A stretch of DNA of 64,000 nucleotides from Lama guanicoe (taxonomy: Eukaryota). Positions 38,479-50,619 of this stretch are shown here, piece by piece; within the stretch, counting starts at the first letter, position 1; each line of letters opens with the position of its first letter. The stretch covers positions 359,422-423,421 of the forward strand of contig MU053432.1 of assembly GCA_013239625.1 (NCBI GenBank), in the 5' to 3' direction. A program made the position numbers and the translations under genes. Under the pieces are notes generated by a model. It was not told the DNA's origin, ran no database searches, and saw only the letters and a list, made by a program, of their open reading frames with translations.

Positions 38479-41400
38479 ATGGCCTCTCAGCTTCTCGGGC
38501 TGGAAGAAGAGTCTGGCCCAAACCCTGGGGAGTCTGAACTGGCTGTGAACCCCTTTGACGGGCTCCCCTTCTCTTCCCGCTACTACGAGCTGCTTGAGCA
38601 GCGCAGAGCCTTGCCTATCTGGGCTGCTCGCTTTATCTTCTTGGAGCAGTTGGAGAGTAGCCCCAGCGGAGTGGTGCTGGTGTCTGGAGAGCCTGGCTCT
38701 GGCAAGAGCACCCAGGTGGGGAGAGATTCTGGGAGTGAACAAAGGGAGGGGCTGGGGAACTGGCTTTTCCCTGGACGAGTTGGGGGGAGTGGGAGGGGCG
38801 CTATGTGAAGTAATAGAAAATGTGGGCAAAGGGAGATTGGTTAGGCTGGCCCCAGGGTGGCTGGTGAAGGACCGGGAGACTCCCCAAATAGAGATTAAAT
38901 TGGCTGCAGCTTCCCCTATGTCTCGCTGACTGGTTTTCCTTCCTTACCCCTACCCCAGATCCCACAGTGGTGTGCAGAGTTTGCACTGGCCAGGGGGTTC
39001 CAGAAGGGCTGGGTAACTGTGACTCAGCCCTACCCTCTGGCAGCCCTGAGCTTGGCCCTGAGAGTTGCTGATGAGATGGACTTGACCCTGGGTCATGAGG
39101 TTGGATACAGCATCCCCCAGGAGGACTGCACTGGGCCTGACACGCTGCTCAGGTGTGGTCTCCTGCAGGCCTGACCCAAATCTAACTCCCCTCACTGGGT
39201 AGAAATAAGCCCAGTCTTCTGACATCTCACCATACCCTCCCTCAGCCCAGCTCACTCTTTAAATTAGGAATAATGAAACTGCTGAATTAAGCCCTTTAAC
39301 CCCAACTGGGGACATTCAGACATTCAGCCTCCCCACCCCCATCACAAAAAGTCTCACTCTCCTAACTGCAGTACAGCTTGTGAACAGTGTCATCAGTGGG
39401 GTTGTGGGTCCATGGGCTCAGAAGTCAGTCACAGGGTCTTTTACTGAACTTCACTATTAAAATCTAAGCCCTGGGGAGAATTCTGGACTTCTGGGGCTGG
39501 GCAGTGTCCACATGGACTCCTCTGCCCACTGCCAATGTCAACAGGTTCTGCTGGGACAGGCTGCTCCTGCAGGAGTTGGCCTCCACCCGGGGCACCGGAG
39601 GCTGGGGCGTGCTGGTGCTGGATGAGGCTCAGGAGCGGTCAGTGGCCTCAGATCTGCTCCAGGGGCTTCTGCGAGATGCCAGGCTTGGAAACCTTCCAGG
39701 GGACCCCAGACTGGTTGTAGTTACTGACCCAGCCCTTGAACCTAAGCTCCAAGCTTTCTGGGGCAACCCTCCCATTGTGCACGTGCCCAGAGAGCCTGGC
39801 AGGTGTCCCACTCCCGTCTACAGGGACACTGTCCCTACTGACCGAGTGGAAGCTGCCTGCCAAGCTGTGCTTGAATTGTGTCGGAAGGAGGCTCCGGGAG
39901 ATGTGCTAGTGTACCTGCCCAGTGAGGAGGTAAAAAAATGGGATGCAAAAGGAGGTGTTCCGGGAGGAATGGGAGCGATGCTTGGTAGGGACATTGGAGT
40001 TGTGGTATTTACTCTCCTTAGGGGTCCTGAGGAAAAACTCCGGGTTTTCATGGTAAAGAGGTCTACCAATCTCTTTTTGATTCCATACAATATAGAGGTT
40101 TGTGGTTCAACGAACTCCTGAAATTATAGCACCCCGACTTTATGAGTATGTGCATTTTTTCAGAGTGAAGGGCCATAGCTTTCGTCAGGTTTTCAAAGGG
40201 GTCTGTGACCCCAAAAGGTGAGAACTGCCCTAATGCCCCACCCGTCTCCCCAGGAAATTTCCCTGTGCTGTGAGTCATTGTCCAGGGAGGTGGGGCCCTT
40301 GGTTCCCCAAGGGCCCCCACTACGGGTGCTGCCCCTTCACCCAGGCCGTGGACAAGCTGTGCAGGCAGTGTACCAGGACACAGACTTGGGTGCCCGGAAG
40401 GTGATAGTCACTCACTGGCTGGCTGACTTCTCCTTCTCCCTCCCTTCCATCCGACATGTCATTGACTCAGGACTGGAGCTTCGAAGTGTGAGTGAAAGAG
40501 AAATGAGGGCATATGGGGGCTAAAGACAGAAATAGCCCACTCTCGGTGGGGAGGGTATAGTTCAAATGGTAGAGTGCATGCTTAACATGCACAAGGTCCT
40601 AGGTTCGATCCCCAGTAAATCGATCCATTTTAAAAAAATAATAAATAAATCTAATCACCCCACCACTACCCCTCCGAAAAAAGAAATAGCCCACTCTCAT
40701 CTGTCTTGGCCTTGGCTGGGGGGCGGTGGCAGGTTTACAATCCTCAGATCCGAGCAGAATCTCAAGTGTTGAGACCAATCAGCAAGTGTCAGGCAGAGGC
40801 AAGACGACTGCGGGCAGGAGGGGTCCCACCAGGTAAGAGCCTTTGCCCTCAGTGAGATCCAACATGAAAAGAGTCTCCAGCACGTGAGCCCTGAGGAATC
40901 TACAGTGGTCTTCTTCCCCAGGTCTTTCTCCCCTCAGGATCCTGTCTCTGCCTGTATCCTAAGTCCTTCCTAGAACTAGAGGCTCCCCCACTGCCCCAAC
41001 CCAGGGTGTGTGAGGAGAATCTGAGCCCCCTGGTCTTACTACTCAAGAGGAGACAGATTGCAGAGCCAGGGGAGTGTCACTTCCTGGACCGGCCTGGTGA
41101 GCACCCCTCCTGCCCAAGTCCTGCTGTCCGACCACCAGGCTCTGAGAACCCCTGCCCTGTAAGCCTTGTGCCATCCCCAGCTCCAGAGGCGCTGATGCAG
41201 GCCTTGGAGGACTTAGACTATCTGGCAGCGCTGGATGATGATGGGGACCTGTCAGACCTGGGAGTCATCCTGTCAGAGTTCCCTCTGGCCCCTGAGCTTG
41301 CCAAAGCCCTGCTGGCCTCGTGCGAATTCGACTGTGTGGACGAGATGCTCACCCTGGCTGCCATGCTCACTGGTAAAATCATCTTCTCTCTCTGACTCTT

Positions 41401-44034
41401 ACGGCCACTTCAGCCCTTCCGTTTGGCGTTCTGGTGCCCCTGAAGCTTGCCCATTCCCCCATGCTCCAGTTCCCAGCTGTACCCTGTGTAAAGAACGAGG
41501 CTTCATCATTTAGCCCTCTCCTGTCTCTCTGTTGGGTCTTGTCCCTTAACATGCTTAAATATCTTCTACTTGTTATTTCTAAAACTTTACAGCCCTCTTC
41601 CTCAACCCTATACTCAGCTGTACAGAATACTCTCTATCCTGTTCAATCCAGGGTATTTCTGGCCCACTGCATTCCAGCGTCAGGCCCACCACAACCCTGA
41701 TGCAGCCTTCTGCTCACCAGTGACCTCCTAGAGACCTAATCCAGTGAATGCTTGTGAGCCCTTATTCGTGACTTTCTTTTGACACTTGAGAATGCCCACC
41801 GCTCTCACCTTGAAACTGCCCCCTCGTTTAGCTTCTGTGACCCACCCCTCGTGGTTTACATCCTACCTCTCTGACCATTCCTTCATCTCTTGCTTGAGCT
41901 GCTCTTCCTCTGCTTCGTCCTCTGCTCCTCCACTGTAAGTTGGACTTCAGGATTTTATCGTTGCCCCTTTCATCTTCTCACTCCCCGAATTCTAAGCAAG
42001 TTCGTTCACACCCACGGTCTGAACTGGCACACCACCATCCTCCTGAATCTTAGACTTACCCACCTGACTCCTGAGGGGTGTTTCCTCGGAATGGTCCACA
42101 GGACTTCAACGCTCCCCATCACGGCTCAGGTGGATTCCCTTTGTGGCCTAACTAGTCATGTGAACTTTTTCCAGACACGTGGACTCTCTTACTTAAAAAA
42201 CTCTTCTTTACCAGCTATTCTTTACCTTTCAAGCAGAATGTAAATTCATTTGTACATCACATCTGGTCTCTCTTAACCTGGCCCATACCTACCTCTCCGG
42301 CTTTACCTCCTGCCACCCTACCACACCCGCTGTTCCCCCCACTCATAATCCTAGGTGCTTGCAGTTCTCAAAATATGCCATCCCCATAGTCTAGAATACT
42401 CCTCCCGCCCCTTCTCCACTGCACTGATTCCTACTCAAAGTTCAAATATTGGCCCCCACACCTACTGAGTTTATTAAGTTTGCTTATCTGGTGGTCTCTC
42501 CCACCAGACTCTGTGCTTCTTGAGAGCAGAGACTTTTACACTGATTCATCTTCAATGCCTAATAAAGGGCATAGTGTCTAGAAGTCATTTGAATAAAGTT
42601 CCCAAAGTGACAGTCCTACCTTTTCGGTATACCGCTATCCTTTCTCATTCTCCAAAACAAACTTCCTCTCTTCTGCCTCCAGCTGCCCCTGGGTTTACTC
42701 GTCCTCCCGTCTGCGCAGAAGAAGCTGCCCTGCGTCGGGCCCTAGAACACGTGGATGGTGATCACAGCTCTCTGATACAGGTGTATGAAGCCTTTATACA
42801 GAGTGAGTGGCCCACTCGGCATCCTCTTACAGAATCCCAGATTTGCCAGAGGGATGCGGTGTGCAACCAGCTGACAGATCTCTGTTCTGAAGAAGAGGAG
42901 GGGTTGGGTTCTCTTGGGGGATTCAAGGACTTTAGGTGCAGATGGTCCCTTTCCTCTCCTAGGTGGAGCAGACAAGGCGTGGTGCCAGGCTCGGGGTCTA
43001 AATTGGGCAGCACTGTGCCAAGCCCGTAAACTTCGGGGAGAACTCCTAGAACTCATGCAACGGATTGAACTTCCCTTATCCCAGCCAGCCTTTGGCTCTG
43101 AGCAGAATCGCAGAGACCTCCAGAAAGCACTGGTGTCGGGGTACTTCCTTAAGGTTAGGGGAAGGAGCTGGGGTGAGGGTCATACAAGGAGCAGAAGGTA
43201 GAGGGAGCAAAGATTGGTATGTGTCACGTCTGAAATTGGGGTCCAGGTGACCATTCAAAGGATTCTTTAGAACCAGGAGAAACTTCTCCTTTGAGGAATG
43301 TGTGGCTGTGGAAATGCCATACTGTATGGTCGTAAGGTAGGGCTATGACAGTCTGCTAATTCTCATCACCCTTGCTAATTCTTTCTCAACCTCCTTTTCT
43401 TTCTTCTACTGACCCTTCACTCTCACTTATTCCTTCAATATCTTTGCCTTTCAATGAGGTGGCCCGAGACACAGATGGGACTGGAAATTACCTGCTCCTG
43501 ACCCATAAGCATGTGGCCCAGCTCTCCCCAAACTGCTGCTACCGAAGCCGCAGGGCTCCCGCCAGACCGCCACCGTGGGTGCTTTACTATAATTTCTCCA
43601 TTTCCAAAGACAACTGCCTCTCCATTGTTTCTGAGATTCAACCACAAATGTGAGTTCCCTGACACCACACCCCAAACAACACTGCCCATTCCTCTTCCTG
43701 GGGTCAAAATTACAGCTGGGGAGTTAGAGAGCCTTACAAAGAGAAAGGGATCTTACTGTTTGTAGTAACATATGATTTGAGGAGACAGGGTTTGTAGAAG
43801 GGGCAGTGAGAAATTTAACAACCTGCATTATAAGAGAAGATACAGAAAAATCATCTAATTATGACTCTCTCTGTCAGACTGGTGGAATTGGCCCCTCCAT
43901 ACTTCCTGAGTAACTTGCCCCCTAGTGAGAGCAGAGACCTCCTGAACCAGCTGAGGGAAGAAATGGCAGATTCTTCAACAGGACATGAATCTCCCTCCAC
44001 CCAAGAACTTGGAGATGCCTGTGTCCTGCAGTGA
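38479..44034 (+). CDS. DQX1: DEAQ-box RNA-dependent ATPase 1, 719 aa
   Basis: Coding exons 38479-38715, 38959-39152, 39545-39929, 40254-40487, 40733-40832, 40938-41096, 41181-41372, 42683-42802, 42963-43153, 43459-43649 and 43878-44034 sum to 2160 nt. GEPGSGKST and LDEAQERS motifs. Confidence 0.94.
40090..40230. mobile_element. hAT-Charlie MER-type fragment
   Basis: catagctttcgtcaggttttcaaaggggtctgtgaccccaaaaggtgagaactg resembles a Charlie-family terminus. Confidence 0.5.
40545..40681 (+). mobile_element. tRNA-derived SINE (vic-1-like) in a DQX1 intron
   Basis: ggggagggtatagttcaaatggtagagtgcatgcttaacatgcacaaggtcctaggttcgatcccc. 17-bp TSD agaaatagcccactctc at 40528-40544 and 40682-40698. Confidence 0.9.
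41560..42600 (+). mobile_element. L2 LINE fragments in a DQX1 intron
   Basis: Pyrimidine-rich L2 body (tgcccaccgctctcaccttgaaac...gcttctgtgac...cctacctctctgacc) ending in an L2 tail near 42590. Confidence 0.6.
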
Positions 44035-46014
44035 CCTGTCTACGGAGTGAAGCTGAGCTCATCTCATCACACTAGATCCTCCCTCAGGCTAGCACCTAGG
44101 CAGCCAGTCAGATTTAAAAGCCCAGAGTTAAGGGTCAAATGTAAATACTGGAACCTGAGTCCCAAGAAATGGTAGGCCAGGAGTAGAGAGAATTGGGTAA
44201 GCCACAGTCTGTACAGGGTAGGACCACTTCCTTAGCCTTCTATTTATTTGAGAGGAACTGATATGCCTCCATATCCCCAACTTATGCCAAACCCATCCTA
44301 TGCTCCCTTTTGGTCTATAAAAGTTCTTTTTCTATGGTGCCCAACTTGAGTTTGGTTTTGCAGCAGCATTTATAATATCTATGAGTTAGAGATGACACAG
44401 TACAAAAGACTTAGGGTCAACTGCAACAGTGATGTCCTCTTGCCTGGTTCCCATCTCTGGTTAAGCCTTTGTGCTATGACTGACCTAGCTGTCATTAACA
44501 TGGAACATGAGTAGTTTGACTACAGTTGGCCTCTGACCCTGCCTAAAGCTCACTCCCCTCTATCATACTGCTCTTGCCTACAGGGGAGGCAGACAAAATC
44601 TTCCCTCTTGTCTTCATACAACTTCAGTCCTCTCCTTCCTAAACCTCAGGGCTATGGCAACTATACCCAGCCTCTCAACTTTCCATCAACAGGCTTCCCG
44701 GCAGCGCCTGGCCCACCGAACCAGCTCAAGTTTTTCTAACAACTCCAGGGACATCATGCTTTTCTCTTTCCAGCTGGGTTATTCCTTTCCCTTTTCTTCC
44801 CTCGGACTAGTGACTTTGATATCCTCAATCATCTTGCATGTTGTAAATGTGTTTATAAAAATTGGTGGAAAGAAACATTTAATCCTTAGAACTCTGCTTT
44901 TCTTCTCAGAATTTCCTCCCTTAGACATTCTGTCTGTTCTCATCATTCCATCTAACTATGCCTCTATGTGGATGTCGGCATTTTTCCAGAATTTACTCTC
45001 TAGGTCTAACATTTAGTTTTGCCTGCAGAGTTCATCTTGATCCTATCTTCCCAATTTCCCCTTCATCATACACAACATCGTTGATTTCTTGATCCTTTAC
45101 ATTTCCAACCTTGTAATTATCTTTGATTATTTTTAGGCCTGTCACTTCCTAATTACTTGCCGAATTCGGCTCACCCTAACACCACTGGGCCCATTAACTT
45201 TGTCCATTGCTTTCCGCCCCGCCTTCCCTCTCTGTCTCCGAGGGACACCAGAGCCAGATTAGTGTTCCTAGATTTTCTCTTCATTGGGTGTCTAAGTATC
45301 CGTCTCGCCTGCCACCCAGGCGCACTGTTAGGCCCAAGTGGGAGGACATAGTCAGCAGGTTAAACACACATGGACAACATGAGGCTCAAAGTCCAGAAGG
45401 AATCCTTAGCGATTATTTAACAGTTGATGGATGGATGCCCAGCGTGGATAACTCTCTGGTTCCTGTCAGTCAGTCAGACTGTCGGTCTCCAGCACCTCCT
45501 CCATTACTCTGCTGTTGTTGGCGTCTTCCTTCCTTCCTTTACGATCTGGTACAGTCCCAGCCCGCGGGGGCTGCAGCCGCCCCATCCCAGCGGTGCGTGT
45601 AACCTGCTCCAGCCCTCCGAACTCCAGCTCCGACCCACCCACAGAAGGAGCCGGAGTCCCTCGAGAGAGAGCAGCCATTGGCCAGCCTACCCCACCTCCC
45701 CGCACCTCATTGGCTGCCGTACTTCAGGTCCCGCCCCCTCAGCGGGTTCCAGCAGCCGGGCCAACAGTGGAAGTGAAAAATGGCGGGAAAGGCCGCGTTT
45801 CTGCGCTCCAGGTAACGGCTCAATGCTGGCCTGGGAGCCCGCGGTGGCTGAGGAGCCCTCGACGGTAGCCTCAAGGCCAGCTCCTCCTCACACGCTCCAC
45901 TGCCGCGGGACCGCCACGTGGGCGGCCGTGCGCTCCAAGGCCCTGGGCCCGGCGCTCCACGCCGCGCCTCGGTCCGGAAAAGAGCGCTCGGCCGGTCAGT
46001 CAGTCAGGCGTCGC

Positions 46015-47421
46015 TCACACCACCGAGGCGAGCCCGGACACGGAAGCCACCTTGTTGTCCTCGGCCCAGGGCTGCAGGTTCTGCAGCGCGAAGAGCGACG
46101 AGTTGTGCAGGCAGAGCGGGTCCGGGGGCAGCGGCGGCCGCAGCGGTCGCGGTAGAGCGTCCTGCTGCAGGTGCAGAAGCAGCCGGCCCGCGCGGTGCCG
46201 CTCCGCCTCGCGCTCCTCGGCCGTCTGGCGCCTGGGCGGGCGGAGACGCGGGGTCAGCGAGGCCGGCCCTCGCCCGCCCCGCGCCGCGCCTCACCGCCAC
46301 TTGGCCCGGCCCGGTCCCTCGCCCACCCCGCGCCTCACCGCCACTTGGTGCGCCGGTTCTGGAACCACGTCTTGACCTGCGCGTCAGTCATGCGCAGGGC
46401 CTTGGCCAGCGCCGCCCTCTCGGCCGAGGCCAGGTACTTCTGGCGCAGGAAGCGCCGCTCCAGCTCCAGCACCTGCGAGCGGGAGAAAGACGTGCGCGGC
46501 TTCTTCCGCTTCGGGGGCGTCCGGTTTTGGTAGGGGTGACCTATACGGCGCGTCCCGGAGAAGGGCGAGAGCGCGGCTACAGGGAGGAAGAAAGCAAGAC
46601 AGGGTTTTCGGGGCGGCCCGAGGTGTCACTGAGACGAGAGCATGGCTGCGCAGGCCGCAGAGCTCCCGCACCGCGTCCCTACCCCTGCCCCAAGCTCGGC
46701 CCCCCGAATCAGTAGAGGCTTCCAGATGAGAAAGGGCCTCGGAAACGCCCCCCACCTTGGGTGAGGGAGAGACGTCCCGGTAACTTCACCCTGCCCTCCC
46801 GGCGGTGTGGACAGCGGACTGCAGAGGAGGGCGCGGGTGTCGACGGCAGCTACCTCCCCAGCGCCTCTCAGCAGTGGGACCAAGAGATACAAGTTGAGGG
46901 AAGATCCCCTGGGATGAGGAGCGGAGGGTATGAAAGGGGACCTTGAGTTGGAGCAGAAGGATCAAAGATGAGGAAACCGGGTCAGTGTGGGCAGGATGCT
47001 GGAGGGATTGGGCAACCTTACCCGTGAGCCGGTCCTTGGCATAGCGGCGGCCGCTGTCCATCCAAGGAAAGGTGAGTCCCGCTAGGCCCCCGGCGCCGCC
47101 CAAGCCTGAGGGCCCAGGAACCGCAGGCGCGCCTCCCGCGGGCGGCTGCACTGGCAGCGGGCGGTGCGCTGGGACGCGGATCACGCCTCCCGGGCCCACA
47201 CCAGAGCTGCCTGGTAGCGGGGTCAGCGAGCCCGCGGGGCCGTAGCTCGAGGCTCCGTGAAATCCACCCGAGAACGCCGCACTCTCCCCATGGCCCTGGC
47301 CGGCGCGACCCAGGCCTAGGCCGCTCCCGGGGGGTTCCGGGCAGCTCAGGATCTGATCGATGCCGAAGCTGATTGGCTCGTGGTGAGGGAGGTTGTGCGA
47401 TGCCAGCACCGCCGGCTCCAT
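46015..47421 (-). CDS. TLX2: T-cell leukemia homeobox 2 (HOX11L1/Ncx), 284 aa
   Basis: Exons 47421-47022, 46576-46339 and 46231-46015 sum to 855 nt. eh1 motif [13 protein letters not shown] hexapeptide, homeodomain RKKPRTSF...[14 protein letters not shown], ends GLASVV. Confidence 0.97.
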
Positions 47422-50400
47422 GGGTCCGGGTCAAGGAGGACTGCAAGAGGTTTGGCGGTTGGGGACTGCGCCCAAACAGCTCTGGTGCCCAGCAGCGGAG
47501 CTCTCCGGGCGGTGGCCTCAGGGGCCCGCGGGGCTGGCCGCGGAGAGGCGCCGGGGCCCCCAGGACATCTTCATCCCTGTGTGCTGGGAGTTACCGCGCC
47601 CGTGCCGGCCTCTGCCGGGCGTCGGCTGAGGAACTCGCATCCCGGGGGAGCGCGACTGACCGGGGCCCCAGGAGCGCCCTTCCTAGCTTTGAAGTGAAGG
47701 TGGACGCTGGGCTGCTGGGGCCTCTGCCCGAGTCCGAGGTGGAGAGGGTTAGCCGGCTCCGGCTGGGGCTGTGACTGACAGATCAGCCTTGGGTGGGCAG
47801 TCGGGGCTGGGGGTAGGGCAGGGGCGGGGCCGGTCCCGTTAAAGGGGAAGAGACTCCTGTTTGCGCCCAGCGCGGGGAAGACTGGCCCGCGGGAACGGTG
47901 GGAGTGTTGTGGGGGGGAGGTGGCGATGGTGTTTTGAACCAGGCTATGCACGGGAGGGGCCCGAGCTTGGGCCATTGAGCGCTGAGTCAGCCGAGATGCG
48001 CAAGGCAACTCCATCCTCGCTGGCTTCTGTCTTTGGGCTTCCTCGGCCTCACCGACTTCAGCAGGTGCCTCGTCCCACTGCCCCCACTCTTCGCCTCCCG
48101 ATGGGTCCTGCCTGACGACTCTCAGATTCGTTGTGGCCCCCGCCTAAACGCTCTTGGAGACTAAATCTCGTTGTGACTTTCTGGCTGCGATGGAAAGTGG
48201 CTAGGGAACGGCACCGGCGAGTTGGAGGCCCGGAAAGAGGACAAGTGTGGGAAGGCGGTGGCAGAGCGTCTGGTGGGCTAGGGCGGGGAACAACTGCTCT
48301 GAGCCAGTGATCCTGGTGCACATCCCGGCCTCTCCCGTAGGGCCCCTAGCTCCTTACGGGAGCGTCAGTAATGGGTGCCCAGTGTTTCTTAGAATTTTGA
48401 TTTTCTGAAATCGGTGTAAAAAGGACCAGTGGCTGAACCGGGTCAACTCATGTCGGTGAGGACTTGGGGCTGGCGTTCAGCCCCCGAATGGGGACGACCA
48501 ACGCAAGACTCTGCCCCTGTGCCTAGGAAGTCTATTTTCACACACTCTGGCCCCTCCAAAGACGGGAGGACGAAATCGCCACAGGCGACATGTGGGACCT
48601 CACCGAAGTCTTCAGAGGATCCCAACCGCCTCATTTAGCATAGATGCTTCACCCCACCCAAGCCCAGGAAACCGTGCCTGGAGCGTGTCAGAGAAGGGAG
48701 GTAGGGAAAGACGAAGCCGCTCGGTGACCTTGTGACCTCTGGCTGCGGACCCAGGAGCTGAGAGTGTGTGAACTCTGCATCCTTCCCCGGAATGGGACCC
48801 CGGGCCGGCCGGGCCCCTGCGCCTTAGACCCGCCCCTGCCGCCACCCGGCCCGGTGCAGGCCGCCATAATCGGGTTAGCTGGGTCGGAATTACATTACCT
48901 TCCCCGGCCCGCCCCGGCCCTGGGATGGGGGGTTGGGGGGGCTGGCGCCTCCGAGCCGGTGAGACTGGGCGCCTGGAGGGGGATGTTCCTACCATCCCTT
49001 GGAGGGTGGGCACCGAGGAGCAGCTTGGCCTGCGTCAGACACGTGGTTCCCAAAGGACCCCCGCCCCTGTGCCAGCCCTAGCCCCTCAACCCCAACCCAC
49101 TCTGGTGCCGTGGTCCAGGCTGCCCGATACCCTTGTGAGCCAAAATGCCTTCTGAGGCTAGTGGATAGGTCTCCCTGGGAGCACGGATCTTCCGGTTCAT
49201 TCTCCAGGGTTTCCCAGGAAAAACTCTGCCCCTCCTTTCTCCCCAGCAGATGGGCTGGCAGCCTGGCGCCTAGGGCAGTGTAAGGGGTCTTTTCTCTCCA
49301 GGGAACCAAGAATGATATTTGGGCATCTGGGCAGGAAGAAAGAGAAGAGAAAGAAGGCAGTGGGGTTTCTCCCCACACAAAGCCAGCAGTCCCTCAGTGT
49401 TCTCAGAAGCTTCAGTTTGAAGGGGGTGAATGATGGGGGAGGGAGGGGTGAACATTAATAATATGTGACATCCTCCCCCAACCTTGTCCACCTCCATCAT
49501 CCAGTTTCTCCAGCCCTTTCCCCTTCCTACCAATAGCCACCTTCTGAAAGGGGTGGGGGTCCTACCACGTTGGCAGCTGTTTTTGGTGAAGAAGATGTCT
49601 CCTCCCCTAAGCCTTCACAGAACTCCAAGCACCTTTTCTTTGCAGCAGTGGAGGGGCTGAGGCTACTAGGGAGCATGAGTCCCCTGCCGCTCAGGTAAAC
49701 ACTTCGGAGGTATCATGGGCTAGATTCCCCCAGATGAGACCAGAGAGCCTAGGAAGACAGTGAAGTAAATAAAGTATCCGAAGAGGGGCTGGCCTGCATG
49801 TTAGGAGTTTGCCATTCCCTTTTCCCACTCTAGCGGTGGGCCTCTGGTTAGACAGATTGGAGGCACTCATGTGTCTCCAATCAAGCTGAATAAATCCTTC
49901 TCAAATGAATCAGTGACTGAACCAATGAAGGGGAAAAAGGCAGCATCGTGCAGACCTGTATGTCTGCTTACTGTACATCCTACCTTTCGAGGTCAGCACA
50001 GATGGCACTGCCACCCAGAGATTGCCCAAATGATTGATTCCTGGAGGAGAATGGTCACAAACCCAGTAATACACATCTTCTGAGGAATATATATATATAT
50101 ACATTGCTCCACTTCAAGGCCAAAAGGTATCCAGTTCTGTCAACCACAGTCCTAGGAATTTCTCTGCTTGCCTCTTCCTTGATGATTTCCTGATTCTCTG
50201 AAAAGGATGGTTCCTGCTAGTTTATGTTGATGATGGAGGCTCTGGGGTCAGCACCATCACCTCCCATACACACTGCCTTGGATCCATCTCACTATATCCT
50301 TCCTACATGCACATGGCCACTCAAGTCGTCAAGTTTTCATGCCTTCAAACCGCAGCTTCACAGGGAGAGGCCATGTTCCCAGCCTGTGCTCCCGCATCTT

Positions 50401-50619
50401 CTCTTCCTTTCTGCTCTTGGTCTGGTGTCTTTCCCTCGAGATGGTCCCAATTCTTGTATCATCATTTCTTTCATCAACTTAGTCCTTCCTACCCACAACT
50501 GTTTTAGGTCTATATTATCTGAACAAAGTCTTTGCCTAACTCTTTAAGAGAAATTATTTTTTTCTTTTTCCCTTTTACTGCCCATACCCACGGCCTCCCT
50601 TTCCTCATTATTTATTCTT

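Noticed and set aside
45424..46715. 243-aa and 265-aa plus-strand ORFs
   Set aside because: Antisense to the GC-rich TLX2 exons, with near-cognate starts and no domain.
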